This document shows, piece by piece, positions 40,830 through 50,434 of a DNA stretch of 64,000 bases. Both the position numbers and the translations under genes were made by a program. The notes below the pieces were generated by a model, which was given only the letters and a program-made list of their open reading frames with translations, was not told where the DNA came from and did not search any database. The DNA comes from Planctomycetota bacterium (GTDB lineage: Bacteria; Planctomycetota; UBA8108; SXIK01). Positions within the stretch are counted from its first letter, which is position 1. Every line of letters begins with the position of its first letter. The stretch is from contig OZ244999.1 in the NCBI GenBank assembly GCA_965223265.1, forward strand, positions 7,936,001 to 8,000,000, written 5' to 3'.

Positions 40830-42152
40830 ATGCGTTCCATCAACGTTATGATCATGATTCTGGCGGGCGGCATCGGGGAGCGCCTCTTTCCCCTGACGGC
40901 AAATCGCTGCAAGCCGGCCGTACATTTCGGCGGCAACTTCCGCATCATCGACTTCACGCTGATGAACTGCGTGCTCTCCGGCTATCGCCAGATTCATGTG
41001 TTGACGCAGTACCATGCTTCTTCGCTCAATCGCCATCGCGTCGAGCGTTGGAACTGCTTGTCGACGGAGCTTGGTGAATACATCCACCTCGTGCCGCCGA
41101 AGCTGCGCGGTGCCAGCGGTGTCTACAAGAACACGGCTGACGCGGTTTACAGGAACCTCGAGCTGATCGATCGCTGTCGTCCCGACGTCGTTCTGGCGCT
41201 TTCCGGTGATCACGTTTATCGCGCCGACTATCGCCGCTTCGTCGAGGCGCACGTTGAGCGCGATGCGGACGTCACCGTCCTCACCGGCGAGGTCGGTGCC
41301 GAGGAAGCTTCGGCGTTCGGCGTCGTTCAGTTGTCGCCGCAGGGACGCATCACGCGTTTCGTTGAAAAGCCAGACGATCCAACACCGTACGCGCTGGACG
41401 GGCGCTGCCTGATCAACCTCGGCGTTTACTGCTTTCAGACGCGGTTCCTCGTCCAAGCACTCATTGAGGACGCCAAGCGCGAAGATTCGTCGCACGACTT
41501 TGGCAAGGACGTCCTGCCACGCGCTCTCAGCCGCGGCTACATGTCGTCGTGCCCGCTCGAGGTCGTCACGCCCGACGCGACGCCGTACTGGCGCGACGTC
41601 GGCAGCATCGACTCGTATTTTCAGGCCAACATGGACCTCCTTTCCAACCCGGCCGCCTTTGAGCTGCGGGATCGGCGCTGGGCGTCCACGTCTCGGTTTC
41701 GCGAGTGGGTGCCGTCGCGCCAGACTCTCACGGCGACGATCGACGGCCGCCGCGTCCACGGCAGCAACTTGATCGCCACGGGCGTCCGTGTCGACGACGC
41801 CGAGATCGTCGACAGCGTGCTTTCGTCCGGTACGCGCATCGAAACCGGCGCACAGCTCCACAAGTGCATCCTCTTTCCGGGTGCCCACGTCGGCCGCGGC
41901 GCGCGTCTGCGCGGGGTGATCGTCGAGGAGAACGTACGCATCCCCGACGGCGTGTCCATTGGATTCGACGACGTTGCCGACGCCAGCCAATTTGTGGTTT
42001 CGCCTGGTGGCGTTGTGGTGATCTCGGAGTCCGAGGAAGCCAATCGTCGGCCGGCACCGTCACGCATCGAAGTCGAAGCGTCGGCGCACGATTTCGATGC
42101 GGTTGGCGACGACATGGACGTTGCCATCGAGTCGCGCGAGCTGCCCGTCTGA
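40830..42152 (+). CDS. glgC: Glucose-1-phosphate adenylyltransferase
   Basis: LAGGIGERLFPLT..RCKPAV, LSGDHVY, FVEKP, SHDFGKD and YWRDVG. Confidence 0.93.
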   Translation: MRSINVMIMILAGGIGERLFPLTANRCKPAVHFGGNFRIIDFTLMNCVLSGYRQIHVLTQYHASSLNRHRVERWNCLSTELGEYIHLVPPKLRGASGVYKNTADAVYRNLELIDRCRPDVVLALSGDHVYRADYRRFVEAHVERDADVTVLTGEVGAEEASAFGVVQLSPQGRITRFVEKPDDPTPYALDGRCLINLGVYCFQTRFLVQALIEDAKREDSSHDFGKDVLPRALSRGYMSSCPLEVVTPDATPYWRDVGSIDSYFQANMDLLSNPAAFELRDRRWASTSRFREWVPSRQTLTATIDGRRVHGSNLIATGVRVDDAEIVDSVLSSGTRIETGAQLHKCILFPGAHVGRGARLRGVIVEENVRIPDGVSIGFDDVADASQFVVSPGGVVVISESEEANRRPAPSRIEVEASAHDFDAVGDDMDVAIESRELPV

Positions 42153-42402
42153 GAGCTTCGAGCCTTTTCGTGAGATCGGCAGCGCCGCGGTGTGCTCGCG
42201 GAATCTCGGGCACGGTCACTCGGCAGGGCGCGTCGTAGAAAGCATTCGAGCCCGGCGCATGGATCCGCGTCGATCGGACTTCTGACCGGCACAGGTGCCC
42301 GTTGCGGTTCGGTCTTCCGTTCGCGGTTCCGTCGACGTGATGGACTCAGACAACGCGGCGGGGGCCTACCCGTGGCTCGGTCGCTGCTGTTTGTTGATTC
42401 GT

Positions 42403-44055
42403 CTATTCGTTGAGGAGCCGCTCGACGACGCGCCGGAGCGTTCGGTTGTCGAGTCCACGCGGGTCGGCGATGTAGTACCCGATGCGTCCTTGCCGATCGA
42501 TCACGACGCACGAGGCCGTCCCGACGGTTCCATGAAGCGCGCGAAAGAAGGTGTGCTTTTCTCGGTCCGGATCGTACCCAGCCGGAATGTCGAGGCCGAG
42601 CTCATCGAGCTCGTCCCGCATGTTCTGTAGCTTCTCGGCATCCGCGGCTGCATCGGGACGGCCGAGGAGGAACCCGACCATGACGAAGCGCAGGCCCTTG
42701 TCCTTGTATTCCTTGTAGAGCCGTCCGGCTTCCACGGCAAAGGGGGTGGCGGCTCTTTCGCGCGGTCGCCGAAAGAGAATGATCACGACGTTGCCGCGTT
42801 CCTCCGCCAGGCTCAGCTTTTCGTCAGTCGCCCAGTACTCGCCGAAGTCGAGATCAACCTGCGGGACTTTTCCGTGAAAGTCTTCCAAGAGCAGAATGTG
42901 ATCCAGCGTGCGAAAGTCGAGGGTGATTTTGACGACCGGATCGACCGCACCGCCGGATTGCTCCAGCTCCGCAAGGAGACTCTGCGTCTCGGCCGCGTGT
43001 TCCTCGAAGGCGGTTTTTGCACCGTCAGCATCGCCTAGCGCGTAGCGAACGTACCCGATCCAGAACTTCGCGACGTTGGCCCACTGACTGAACTGAACAC
43101 GCATGGAATCGCGCGTCGCGGTGTCGACGCGCAGTGGATATTCGACGAGGATACGCTCCATGAGCTGCTCCACTTCCTCAAGTCGCCCGGCACCGCGCAG
43201 TGCTTCGAAGAGGGAGATGTTGAACATCGCGTAATCGTCGGTATCGACATTTTCATCGATCACACCACGCAGGAGGGAGATCGCTTCTTCGTATCGCTCC
43301 AGCGCAATCAGCGATCGAGCTTGCTTGAAAAGAACGTTGTTCTTGAGACCGTGCTCAGGAAACTTCTCGAGAAAAGTCTTCGACAGCTCCAACGCGCGCA
43401 GCGAGTCACCCGCGCGCTCGGCCAATTCGAGTAGCGAGCGGACAGCGTCGGCGACGGCGGCTGGGAGGTCGCAATCGAGTCCGCGTTCAGCGTAGTGCCT
43501 GATCTGTTCAGAGTACGCCTTGATTCTCTCGGCGCGCTGCGTTGGCGTCAGTTTCTTGTTTGAGCTGGTTTCTTGGCGATAGCGATCGATGCGCCCCATG
43601 AGCATGCGACCGTAGAGGCTGGCGACCTCGCATGCGGGCTGTGAGTCCCCGCACTGCTTCAGAAACGATTCGCACAGCGACAGACAGCGAACCATGTCCG
43701 CATTGATCAAATCCGCTGGTCGCTTGAGGTCGAGGAAGACGCGCGGCACCTGCGCGCTGAGAAGTCTCATCTCCCTGAGTTCTTTGGCACAGCTTGCCGG
43801 CAGGTCGTCGTCGGCTGATGGACTCTCCGCCGGCGCATCGCCGCCCGGTGATTTCTGCGCAGCCGCCGGCTTCTCTGCGCTAGACTTCTCCGTAGCGGCG
43901 TGAGTAAGGTCTTGTGTCGCCGGTGTTGTCTCCACTTCCGGCTGCCCGTTGCCCGCATCTGAAGCGCCGCGAGTGCAGCCGAGCGCCGTGCCGAGCATCG
44001 TGGCGAAGAGCGCCACCGTCAAGAGCTGCGAAAAGACACGTCGGAAAGAGAACAT
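42403..44055 (-). CDS. Lipoprotein with TPR-like repeats and a C-terminal thioredoxin-like (TlpA-like) fold lacking CXXC
   Basis: Lipobox ALGC, helical repeats, and LSLAEERGNVVIILF...VIDRQGRI. Confidence 0.8.
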   Translation of the reverse strand: MFSFRRVFSQLLTVALFATMLGTALGCTRGASDAGNGQPEVETTPATQDLTHAATEKSSAEKPAAAQKSPGGDAPAESPSADDDLPASCAKELREMRLLSAQVPRVFLDLKRPADLINADMVRCLSLCESFLKQCGDSQPACEVASLYGRMLMGRIDRYRQETSSNKKLTPTQRAERIKAYSEQIRHYAERGLDCDLPAAVADAVRSLLELAERAGDSLRALELSKTFLEKFPEHGLKNNVLFKQARSLIALERYEEAISLLRGVIDENVDTDDYAMFNISLFEALRGAGRLEEVEQLMERILVEYPLRVDTATRDSMRVQFSQWANVAKFWIGYVRYALGDADGAKTAFEEHAAETQSLLAELEQSGGAVDPVVKITLDFRTLDHILLLEDFHGKVPQVDLDFGEYWATDEKLSLAEERGNVVIILFRRPRERAATPFAVEAGRLYKEYKDKGLRFVMVGFLLGRPDAAADAEKLQNMRDELDELGLDIPAGYDPDREKHTFFRALHGTVGTASCVVIDRQGRIGYYIADPRGLDNRTLRRVVERLLNE

Positions 44056-44059
44056 TGAA

Positions 44060-44230
44060 GTCAGATCCTCCGGCGGAAGCGATCGGTGAGAGGGGATTGA
44101 TCTTGAGGATGGTGGGCGACACGGTCGGCCGCCGGCAGCAGCCCCTACAAGGAGGGCCGTAGTTCTTGTACCGTATGCGGCAGCCCTTTCGTAGGAAAAG
44201 ACCCCTTTGATCACCCGAGCGGGAAGGGAC
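44060..44230 (-). ncRNA. Candidate 6S-like RNA or structured 5' leader
   Basis: About 170-nt irregular rod with a central bubble and GGGC...GCCCACC, directly behind a TTGCCC-16-TATCAT promoter. Confidence 0.5.
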
Positions 44231-44235
44231 CTTCG

Positions 44236-44263
44236 ATGATACGACGTCGCGCCCGCAGGGCAA
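44236..44263 (-). promoter_or_regulatory. Sigma70-type promoter
   Basis: The minus strand reads TTGCCC-16 bp-TATCAT. Confidence 0.5.
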
Positions 44264-44266
44264 GAC

Positions 44267-44282
44267 TGGCACGGGATTCGCA
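44267..44282 (+). promoter_or_regulatory. Sigma54 -24/-12 promoter candidate
   Basis: TGGCACG-GGAT-TCGCA with correct GG-N10-GC spacing, upstream of the ArnT-like gene. Confidence 0.5.
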
Positions 44283-44396
44283 CCTCCGTAGAGCGCTGGT
44301 TCGCACGATGCGACCACCGAGGCGGACCGATGCGCACGCCGACACCATATCATCTGGACGCAGAAACCTACCGGCGGCGGGCGGCCTCGTGCACCC

Positions 44397-46304
44397 GTGG
44401 CGGGCTCGGCAGGATCGGCCGACTCTCCGCCGCATCGCTGGGGGCCTCTCGTGAGCGACACCACGGGAACGCCCGACGCTGCGGACGCACCGGCCGGCGA
44501 TGCCACCGGGCGCCAGCCACCGCCGGCGCGCGACGCGACATCGAGCCGCGCAGTTTCCAGGCCATTCGTTCTTCTTGCACTTCTGGCTCTTCTTCTCTCC
44601 TGGAACGCATGGGAGCGCGACTTTTGGTCACAGGGTGAAGTCCGCGCCGCCGCGGTGACGCGCGACATGGTGCGCACGGGCAGCTGGGCTGTGCCGCAGC
44701 TGGGGGGCGAGGCGTTCCTCAAGGGGCCGCCGCTTCTCTACTGGCTCGCCGGCGGGCTGGAGTCCGTGCTCGGGGCCGATCCGCGCTGGGTTTACCGCTT
44801 GCCCGTAATCCTCGCCGCAATCCTGTCGCTTTGGCTGACGTACTGGGCCGGCGTGCGGCTCTTCACGCCTCGCGTCGGTATTCTCGCCGCTCTTGTCCTG
44901 GCGTCGAACTACTTCTTTTTTCGTTCAGCGACGTGGTTTGACGACGATTTGATGTTCGCGGCGTTTTGTCAACTCGCCCTCACGGGATGGGTTCTTCACG
45001 ATGACGCTGGCGGCGCCGGCACATGGGATGTCCTCGGTTGGCTTGGCCTGGCGGCAGCTGCACTCGTCAAGAGCCTGCCGCTGGCGGCGCTGCTCGTCGT
45101 GGGAGTCTGGAGTTTGTACCTGTTTTTCGGCGGCGGTCTTGAGGCGCTCCTGCGAGGCTACGGCGCCGTATTCCGGACGCGTGGCGCACTTCTTTTCGCG
45201 GCTCTTGTCGTTCCTTGGTACGCCTTGGTCTTGACGCGTCACAGCGCTGAGTTTTGCTCTTCGCACCTAGTGGCGGAGCACTACGCAAGGCTCGTCGGTC
45301 GCGGCGGCGACGACGGTCGTCCGGTCTATTTCTATCTTCTACAAATCGCTGTTGGGTTTCTTCCGTGGTCGCTGTTCGCGCCGGCAGGAATCCTCCACGC
45401 CAAGGACCGTCTGCGTCGGTCTGGTGAGCGTTTCGCGATCATGACGGTGCTCTTTCCGTGTGTCGTTCTCTCGATCGCGAGCGCCAAGAATGGCGGATAC
45501 GTTTTGCTCGCGTGGCCGGCGTTGTCGCTCCTCGTCGCGGCGGCGGCATTCGAGACGCGGGAACGATTCTCGCTTTGGGAAGGTTTTTTGAAGTTTCTCA
45601 GCGTGCGGGCCGCGCGCTATCTCTTGTTGGGGTTTTTCCTCGCTGCACTCGGCGTCGCCGCGCTCTTCGTCGTCGACCTTCTCGTCGCTCGCGCACTCAC
45701 AGTTGACGCCGCGGCCTGGGTCGTCGGCGCCGTCAGCGCGCTGCCGGCCGACGGTCGGGAACGTTTGGCGCTTGAGCTCGGCACAACGCGAAGCCTCATC
45801 TCGGCCCTCCTACTGGTGCTGCTCGCCGGCGCGAGCACGTTCGTCTATGCACGACGGATGAGGCGGAGCGCCGCTCGTGATGCCGCGCCAGAAGCGATGT
45901 TCGAGCTCGCCGTCGTGACGCTCTTCGTTCTTTTTCTCAGCAGTTTTTTCTACTCCGGGTTCAACACGTTCAAGTCGAGCCGCGCCTTCATGGCGCGCGT
46001 CGAGTCACGCGTCGGCGATGCTCCACTAGCGATCTACGGGCCGCCGCGCAGCAGTGTCTACTACTACCTCACGCGTCCACCCCAGCGTCTTGCTCGCGTC
46101 GGTCGCGCGGCCGATGCGGACGCGCGCCTCGAAAGGCTGCGCGAATACGTGTCGCAACCGCGCGCAGCCTTCCTCATCGGCGCGACCGCGGATGTACAGG
46201 TTCTCCAGCGCGACTATCCGTCGCTGCGCGAGCGGCTCGAGGTCGTCGATCGAGGCGCGCTTGGCTGGTCGCGCGAAGTGGTGTTGGTGTCGAATCGGCG
46301 CTGA
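44397..46304 (+). CDS. ArnT/PMT-like (GT-C fold) membrane glycosyltransferase
   Basis: E.R.A...RDM..GSW.VP, KGPPLLYWL, RPVYFY and FLPWS, with many TM helices. The start may be GTG 44451. Confidence 0.88.
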   Translation: MAGSAGSADSPPHRWGPLVSDTTGTPDAADAPAGDATGRQPPPARDATSSRAVSRPFVLLALLALLLSWNAWERDFWSQGEVRAAAVTRDMVRTGSWAVPQLGGEAFLKGPPLLYWLAGGLESVLGADPRWVYRLPVILAAILSLWLTYWAGVRLFTPRVGILAALVLASNYFFFRSATWFDDDLMFAAFCQLALTGWVLHDDAGGAGTWDVLGWLGLAAAALVKSLPLAALLVVGVWSLYLFFGGGLEALLRGYGAVFRTRGALLFAALVVPWYALVLTRHSAEFCSSHLVAEHYARLVGRGGDDGRPVYFYLLQIAVGFLPWSLFAPAGILHAKDRLRRSGERFAIMTVLFPCVVLSIASAKNGGYVLLAWPALSLLVAAAAFETRERFSLWEGFLKFLSVRAARYLLLGFFLAALGVAALFVVDLLVARALTVDAAAWVVGAVSALPADGRERLALELGTTRSLISALLLVLLAGASTFVYARRMRRSAARDAAPEAMFELAVVTLFVLFLSSFFYSGFNTFKSSRAFMARVESRVGDAPLAIYGPPRSSVYYYLTRPPQRLARVGRAADADARLERLREYVSQPRAAFLIGATADVQVLQRDYPSLRERLEVVDRGALGWSREVVLVSNRR

Positions 46305-46331
46305 GCTCCCTTGCTTGAGCGCGCGCCTTGC

Positions 46332-46584
46332 CTCGAGTTTGGCCATTTCGCGCCGGCCTGGCCGGACGAGTTTCGCGGGGGTTCCGAGGCCCTTTCGACT
46401 TTTTCGTACCCTGAGAACCCTTGTGCCCATTCAAAAACTCCTGTCCGGCCCTTCGGGGAACGCCAGGAGCGCCGATGCCTGCGTCACTCCTCCGCCACGA
46501 CCCGAGCGGGATCGCGCCCGAGTCGTTCCTTGGCCTCGACGCTCCTGGCGCTGGCAGACTCGACGCGAAATGGCCAAACTCGAG
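46332..46584. mobile_element. 253-bp MITE-like element
   Basis: Perfect 21-bp inverted repeats CTCGAGTTTGGCCATTTCGCG at 46332-46352 and 46564-46584, flanked by a direct CTTGC at 46327-46331 and 46585-46589. Confidence 0.7.
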
Positions 46585-46655
46585 CTTGCACGCGGATCCT
46601 TATCGATCGCGCCGCGCTCGCCTGCGCCGCTCGCGTTCGCAGCCGTGCGGTGACT

Positions 46656-49600
46656 TTAGGGCGCGCGGAGATCGTGCTGCAGCATGAGCTCCGCAACGTG
46701 CTCCGGTTCAACGAAAAAGAGCGTTTCGTTGTCGACGCTGTCGAGCAGTTGTGGATCCCACACCCCGCTGCGCTCCGACACGGCGACTCTCAGGCTGTCC
46801 CAGCGGCCATCTACGGCTTGCAGCGCGCGCAGTCGGTCACTGAGCTGGCTCTGCGTCGCAAGCTCGAGGTGGAGGAGGACGATCTTGCCGCCGCTCCGCT
46901 CCTGGACGGCAGGAAGGATCACGATCGGTCGAGAGTCGGTCGCGCCGTAGCCGAGGAACAGTTTTCGGCTTTGGACGCTGCCCCATTTCGTGCCGCTGAG
47001 AGGTTGCGGTTCCTCACAGCGTGAGAGGATTTTCGCCGCGCAACCTTTCTTCTCGAGCACCCGCACCGTCGAGTCGGGCGTCGGACGACCGAGCGGGTCG
47101 AGTCCCTCGACGCTATAGAGTGTCGCGCCGGCAACGCGGTGCACCACCGGTGCGAAGGCGCTGAGAAAGTGGCGGTGCGAGACGGCGATTTCCGCCGCGT
47201 CGAGACCGAGCTCGTGGTAGGCGTCCCAGAGGACACCACCGATCTGTTCTTCGCCGCGAGAGATGCCCACGGTGACGGTCTTTGCTTGATGCTTGATGGC
47301 GTCGATCGGTCGAGCCAACTCTGCGATCGCTTCGGTGAGGTGCGCGATGACCGTTGCGGGTGCGCTTTCCTCCGTCAGCGGGAACGCGTTCAGTGGCATT
47401 CGTCCCAGGAGAAACGAAATCGCTTCTACGAGGCGCGCTGCGACACCGACGTTGAGCCCGCTGTCGATCTCCCCGGCGCGGAGAGCGCGGTCGAACTCGA
47501 GCAGCTCCTGCGTCGTGTGCGGCGGCAGGGCTCGCACCAGCTGCGACGGCGACTCTTGGCCCGGGTCGCGCTCGACCGCGCTGTCGACAAGCGCAGCGCG
47601 CACGCGCTTGAGAACGTCCGCGAAAGCGTCTAAAGCCCGCGCGGCGTGGAAGCCGAACAGATGGCCCACCATTGTCGCCAGCAGGTAGCTCAGCTCGCCG
47701 CGTTCCGCGGGCACCTTGATGCAGCCCGCGGCGTAGGGGTCGTATCGCGTCTCGCCCTCATCCGTGATCACGATCGGAATCGAACAATGTGCCTTGAAGA
47801 TCGCGACCTCTTTGACAACGTCGGAAATTGTCGCCTCGGGGATGCCGCTAGCGCAGACGAGCACCAGGGGTTCGGCGGAGAGATCGATGTGCTTTTTATC
47901 TTCAAGAAAATCGGACGCTATCGACTTGTAGCAGAGCTCGCTCAGCTTGATGCGGATCTCGTCCGCAGCGATCTTCGTGGCGCCGCTACCAACCACCGCC
48001 CAGTACCGTCGTGTGACGGCGAACTCGCGTGCTAAACGTTCGATTTGGCTGCTGAGCCCCAGCGTTCGCTGCATCGCTTCGGGCAGGTTCTGGAGGCTGC
48101 GAATCTCATCGGCGATGTCGCTGGCCGGCAGCGCGCCGAGGCGATCCGCGAGAGCCAGGGCGAGCACTTGGCCGGCGACGTTTTGGGCGTAGAACGCTTT
48201 GGTCGACGCCACCGACATTTCGATGTCGCGGCCGTCCGACGTGTAGAGGACGCCGTGGGACTTGTAGACCAGGTCGGAGTTGCGGCGATTGACGATCGCG
48301 ATCACCCAGCCGCCGCGCTCGCGCACCATATCCACCGTGCGGTTCGTATCCGTCGTCGTCCCTGACTGCGAAATGGCGACGATCAGCGAGTCGGAGAGGT
48401 CGTCGTTCATGTGATGACCGGAAAGCTCCGTGGCTTTCATCGCGCAGATTTCGAAACCTGGCTCGCTGGAGCGGAGTGCCCGGCGCAGCAGATGCGCGAC
48501 CCCTTGGCCGGCGACCGCGGCCGTGCCCTGGCCGATGACCACCACCCGGCGCACGCGGCCAGTGCGCATCGCTTCGAGTAGCTCGGCAGGCACAACGTCG
48601 TCACCCACCAGGCAGCGGGCCGTGCCTCCCTGAACTTCGAACTTGCCGCGGAGAGTTTTTCGCACCGTGTCGACGGACTCGGAAATCTCTTTGCTCAGAA
48701 AGTGCGTAAACTCGCCGCGGTTGATATCGCGTGTCGTGATTTCGGCGCGCCGAAATCGATTCTCCTCGAGCGGCGCGAACCCGGCGGAGGTTGACAGCGC
48801 CAGCGTTTCTCGTGCATTCGCCTCGGCGTGGACTTTGAAGATCTCGCCTCGTGGGGAGACCTCACCTTCCGCTTTGACGTAGTCTTGAGCCATCTCGACG
48901 ACGCCGTACATTTCCGAGGCGACGACGATGGCTGAGTCCCCGACGCCGAAGAAGAGTCCTTGACCACTGCCCTTCTGTGCGAAGAAGAACTCCCCTGGCC
49001 GATCCGCCGCCATGACTCCGATGGCCATGGAGCCTTCGAACTCGTCGAACGCGCGTTCGACGGCGACGGCGAGATCGCGGCACTCATCGTAGTGATGCTT
49101 GACGACAACGGGGATGATCTTGGCGTCTGTCGTGATGTGTTCGTCGAGTCGGGTGCCATGCTTCGAGCTGTAGGCGCGCAGGAGTTCCTGATAGTTGTCG
49201 ATGTCGCCGTTGAGCACAGCGACGATTTCGCCATCGCCGCGGACCTGTCCGTTCTCGGCGAGGGTGGCGCTGTCGACCGGATGGCAGTTTGGCTCAGAGA
49301 TCACTCCGTTCGATGCCCACCTGGTGTGAGCGAGACTTTGGATATCGACGTCAGGCTGGGCGAGGGCATGCTGAAACAGCGCATCCGTCTCGATCGCTTG
49401 TCGCAGGAAGGCGACGTTGTCTCCCATGCGGCCGATTTCGCGTGCCACCTTGAATGCAAAAAGCAGTGTGCGGTCGCTTGAGTCAGGCTGGACGACCGCC
49501 CCGTGGGTGAAGCGCGTCTGCTGCGTTCGAGCCTCGAGCATGTGGCGCCATGTGTCATCGTGAGCGGGGATGTCGCAGCGGCTGTCGAGGAAACGGCCTA

Positions 49601-50183
49601 AGGCTTCCGCCGTCGGAAAATGCACGTAGATGGAAATGCCCGCGGAGTCTCTGCCGCGCACCTCGAGTCGGTCGAGCCCGGAGAGGATCAGCTGGATTTG
49701 CCAGGCGTGGCGGAGAAGGCGCTCCTGCGTGGCGGCCGGGCCTGAGCTCACGAGACGTCGGACCTCATCAAAGTGGCCGAGGCAGTCCGACAGAATCTGC
49801 CACTCGATATCGCGACAGCCGATGACGACGCGGTTGACCAATTCCCAGTCGAGCCCGGCGGGCAGATTTCCGCCGCCTGCGAGCGACTCGAAGTCGTTCG
49901 CGGCGCGGCCGAAGCGCTCTGCGCAGTCCCTCAGTTGGTCTTGCAGTGACGGACTCTGCAAAGCCGCCAGAAACCCGTCACGCTGCACCCAGCGATAGGA
50001 GGCCACGCGCGTCGCCTCCAGCTTGGCATCGAGATCCGCGCCGTTGGTGCCAGTGGGAAGGTTCTCTTTCTCGGTCGCACGCGCAGCGCTATTCAAGAAC
50101 GTATCCGCAGCGGAGAAGAATTCCTCGTTCGCGGCGTGCTGCTCGTCGCTCTTCGACGAGACGAAACCGAAGATTCCACACAT
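46656..50183 (-). CDS. Extended GlmS-like glutamine amidotransferase/SIS-domain protein (1175 aa)
   Basis: N-terminal MCGIFG, RGRDSAG, HTRWAS, NGDIDN, SQSGTT, VASTK and AKTVTVG. Confidence 0.88.
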   Translation of the reverse strand: MCGIFGFVSSKSDEQHAANEEFFSAADTFLNSAARATEKENLPTGTNGADLDAKLEATRVASYRWVQRDGFLAALQSPSLQDQLRDCAERFGRAANDFESLAGGGNLPAGLDWELVNRVVIGCRDIEWQILSDCLGHFDEVRRLVSSGPAATQERLLRHAWQIQLILSGLDRLEVRGRDSAGISIYVHFPTAEALGRFLDSRCDIPAHDDTWRHMLEARTQQTRFTHGAVVQPDSSDRTLLFAFKVAREIGRMGDNVAFLRQAIETDALFQHALAQPDVDIQSLAHTRWASNGVISEPNCHPVDSATLAENGQVRGDGEIVAVLNGDIDNYQELLRAYSSKHGTRLDEHITTDAKIIPVVVKHHYDECRDLAVAVERAFDEFEGSMAIGVMAADRPGEFFFAQKGSGQGLFFGVGDSAIVVASEMYGVVEMAQDYVKAEGEVSPRGEIFKVHAEANARETLALSTSAGFAPLEENRFRRAEITTRDINRGEFTHFLSKEISESVDTVRKTLRGKFEVQGGTARCLVGDDVVPAELLEAMRTGRVRRVVVIGQGTAAVAGQGVAHLLRRALRSSEPGFEICAMKATELSGHHMNDDLSDSLIVAISQSGTTTDTNRTVDMVRERGGWVIAIVNRRNSDLVYKSHGVLYTSDGRDIEMSVASTKAFYAQNVAGQVLALALADRLGALPASDIADEIRSLQNLPEAMQRTLGLSSQIERLAREFAVTRRYWAVVGSGATKIAADEIRIKLSELCYKSIASDFLEDKKHIDLSAEPLVLVCASGIPEATISDVVKEVAIFKAHCSIPIVITDEGETRYDPYAAGCIKVPAERGELSYLLATMVGHLFGFHAARALDAFADVLKRVRAALVDSAVERDPGQESPSQLVRALPPHTTQELLEFDRALRAGEIDSGLNVGVAARLVEAISFLLGRMPLNAFPLTEESAPATVIAHLTEAIAELARPIDAIKHQAKTVTVGISRGEEQIGGVLWDAYHELGLDAAEIAVSHRHFLSAFAPVVHRVAGATLYSVEGLDPLGRPTPDSTVRVLEKKGCAAKILSRCEEPQPLSGTKWGSVQSRKLFLGYGATDSRPIVILPAVQERSGGKIVLLHLELATQSQLSDRLRALQAVDGRWDSLRVAVSERSGVWDPQLLDSVDNETLFFVEPEHVAELMLQHDLRAP

Positions 50184-50434
50184 GTGTTGCTAGACTCCCG
50201 GAGCAGACTTTATCCTCGCCTCTCTCGTCGCGGGTGGCTCAGACGCTAGGAGGCAGTTGGTTCGAAACGCGAGTTTCCGCCGATTTGGGGACGACCTGTT
50301 GGTACGTGCCGCATCCGCGTGGTACCTCAGGCCCTCTACTGGTCAATCGGCGTTCCGTCTCGTGGATATGTGGAGATCTTTTTCTCGAAAGGGTGACTCA
50401 CCGCCGGTGCACCGCTGAGGACCTTGCGTTTCCT

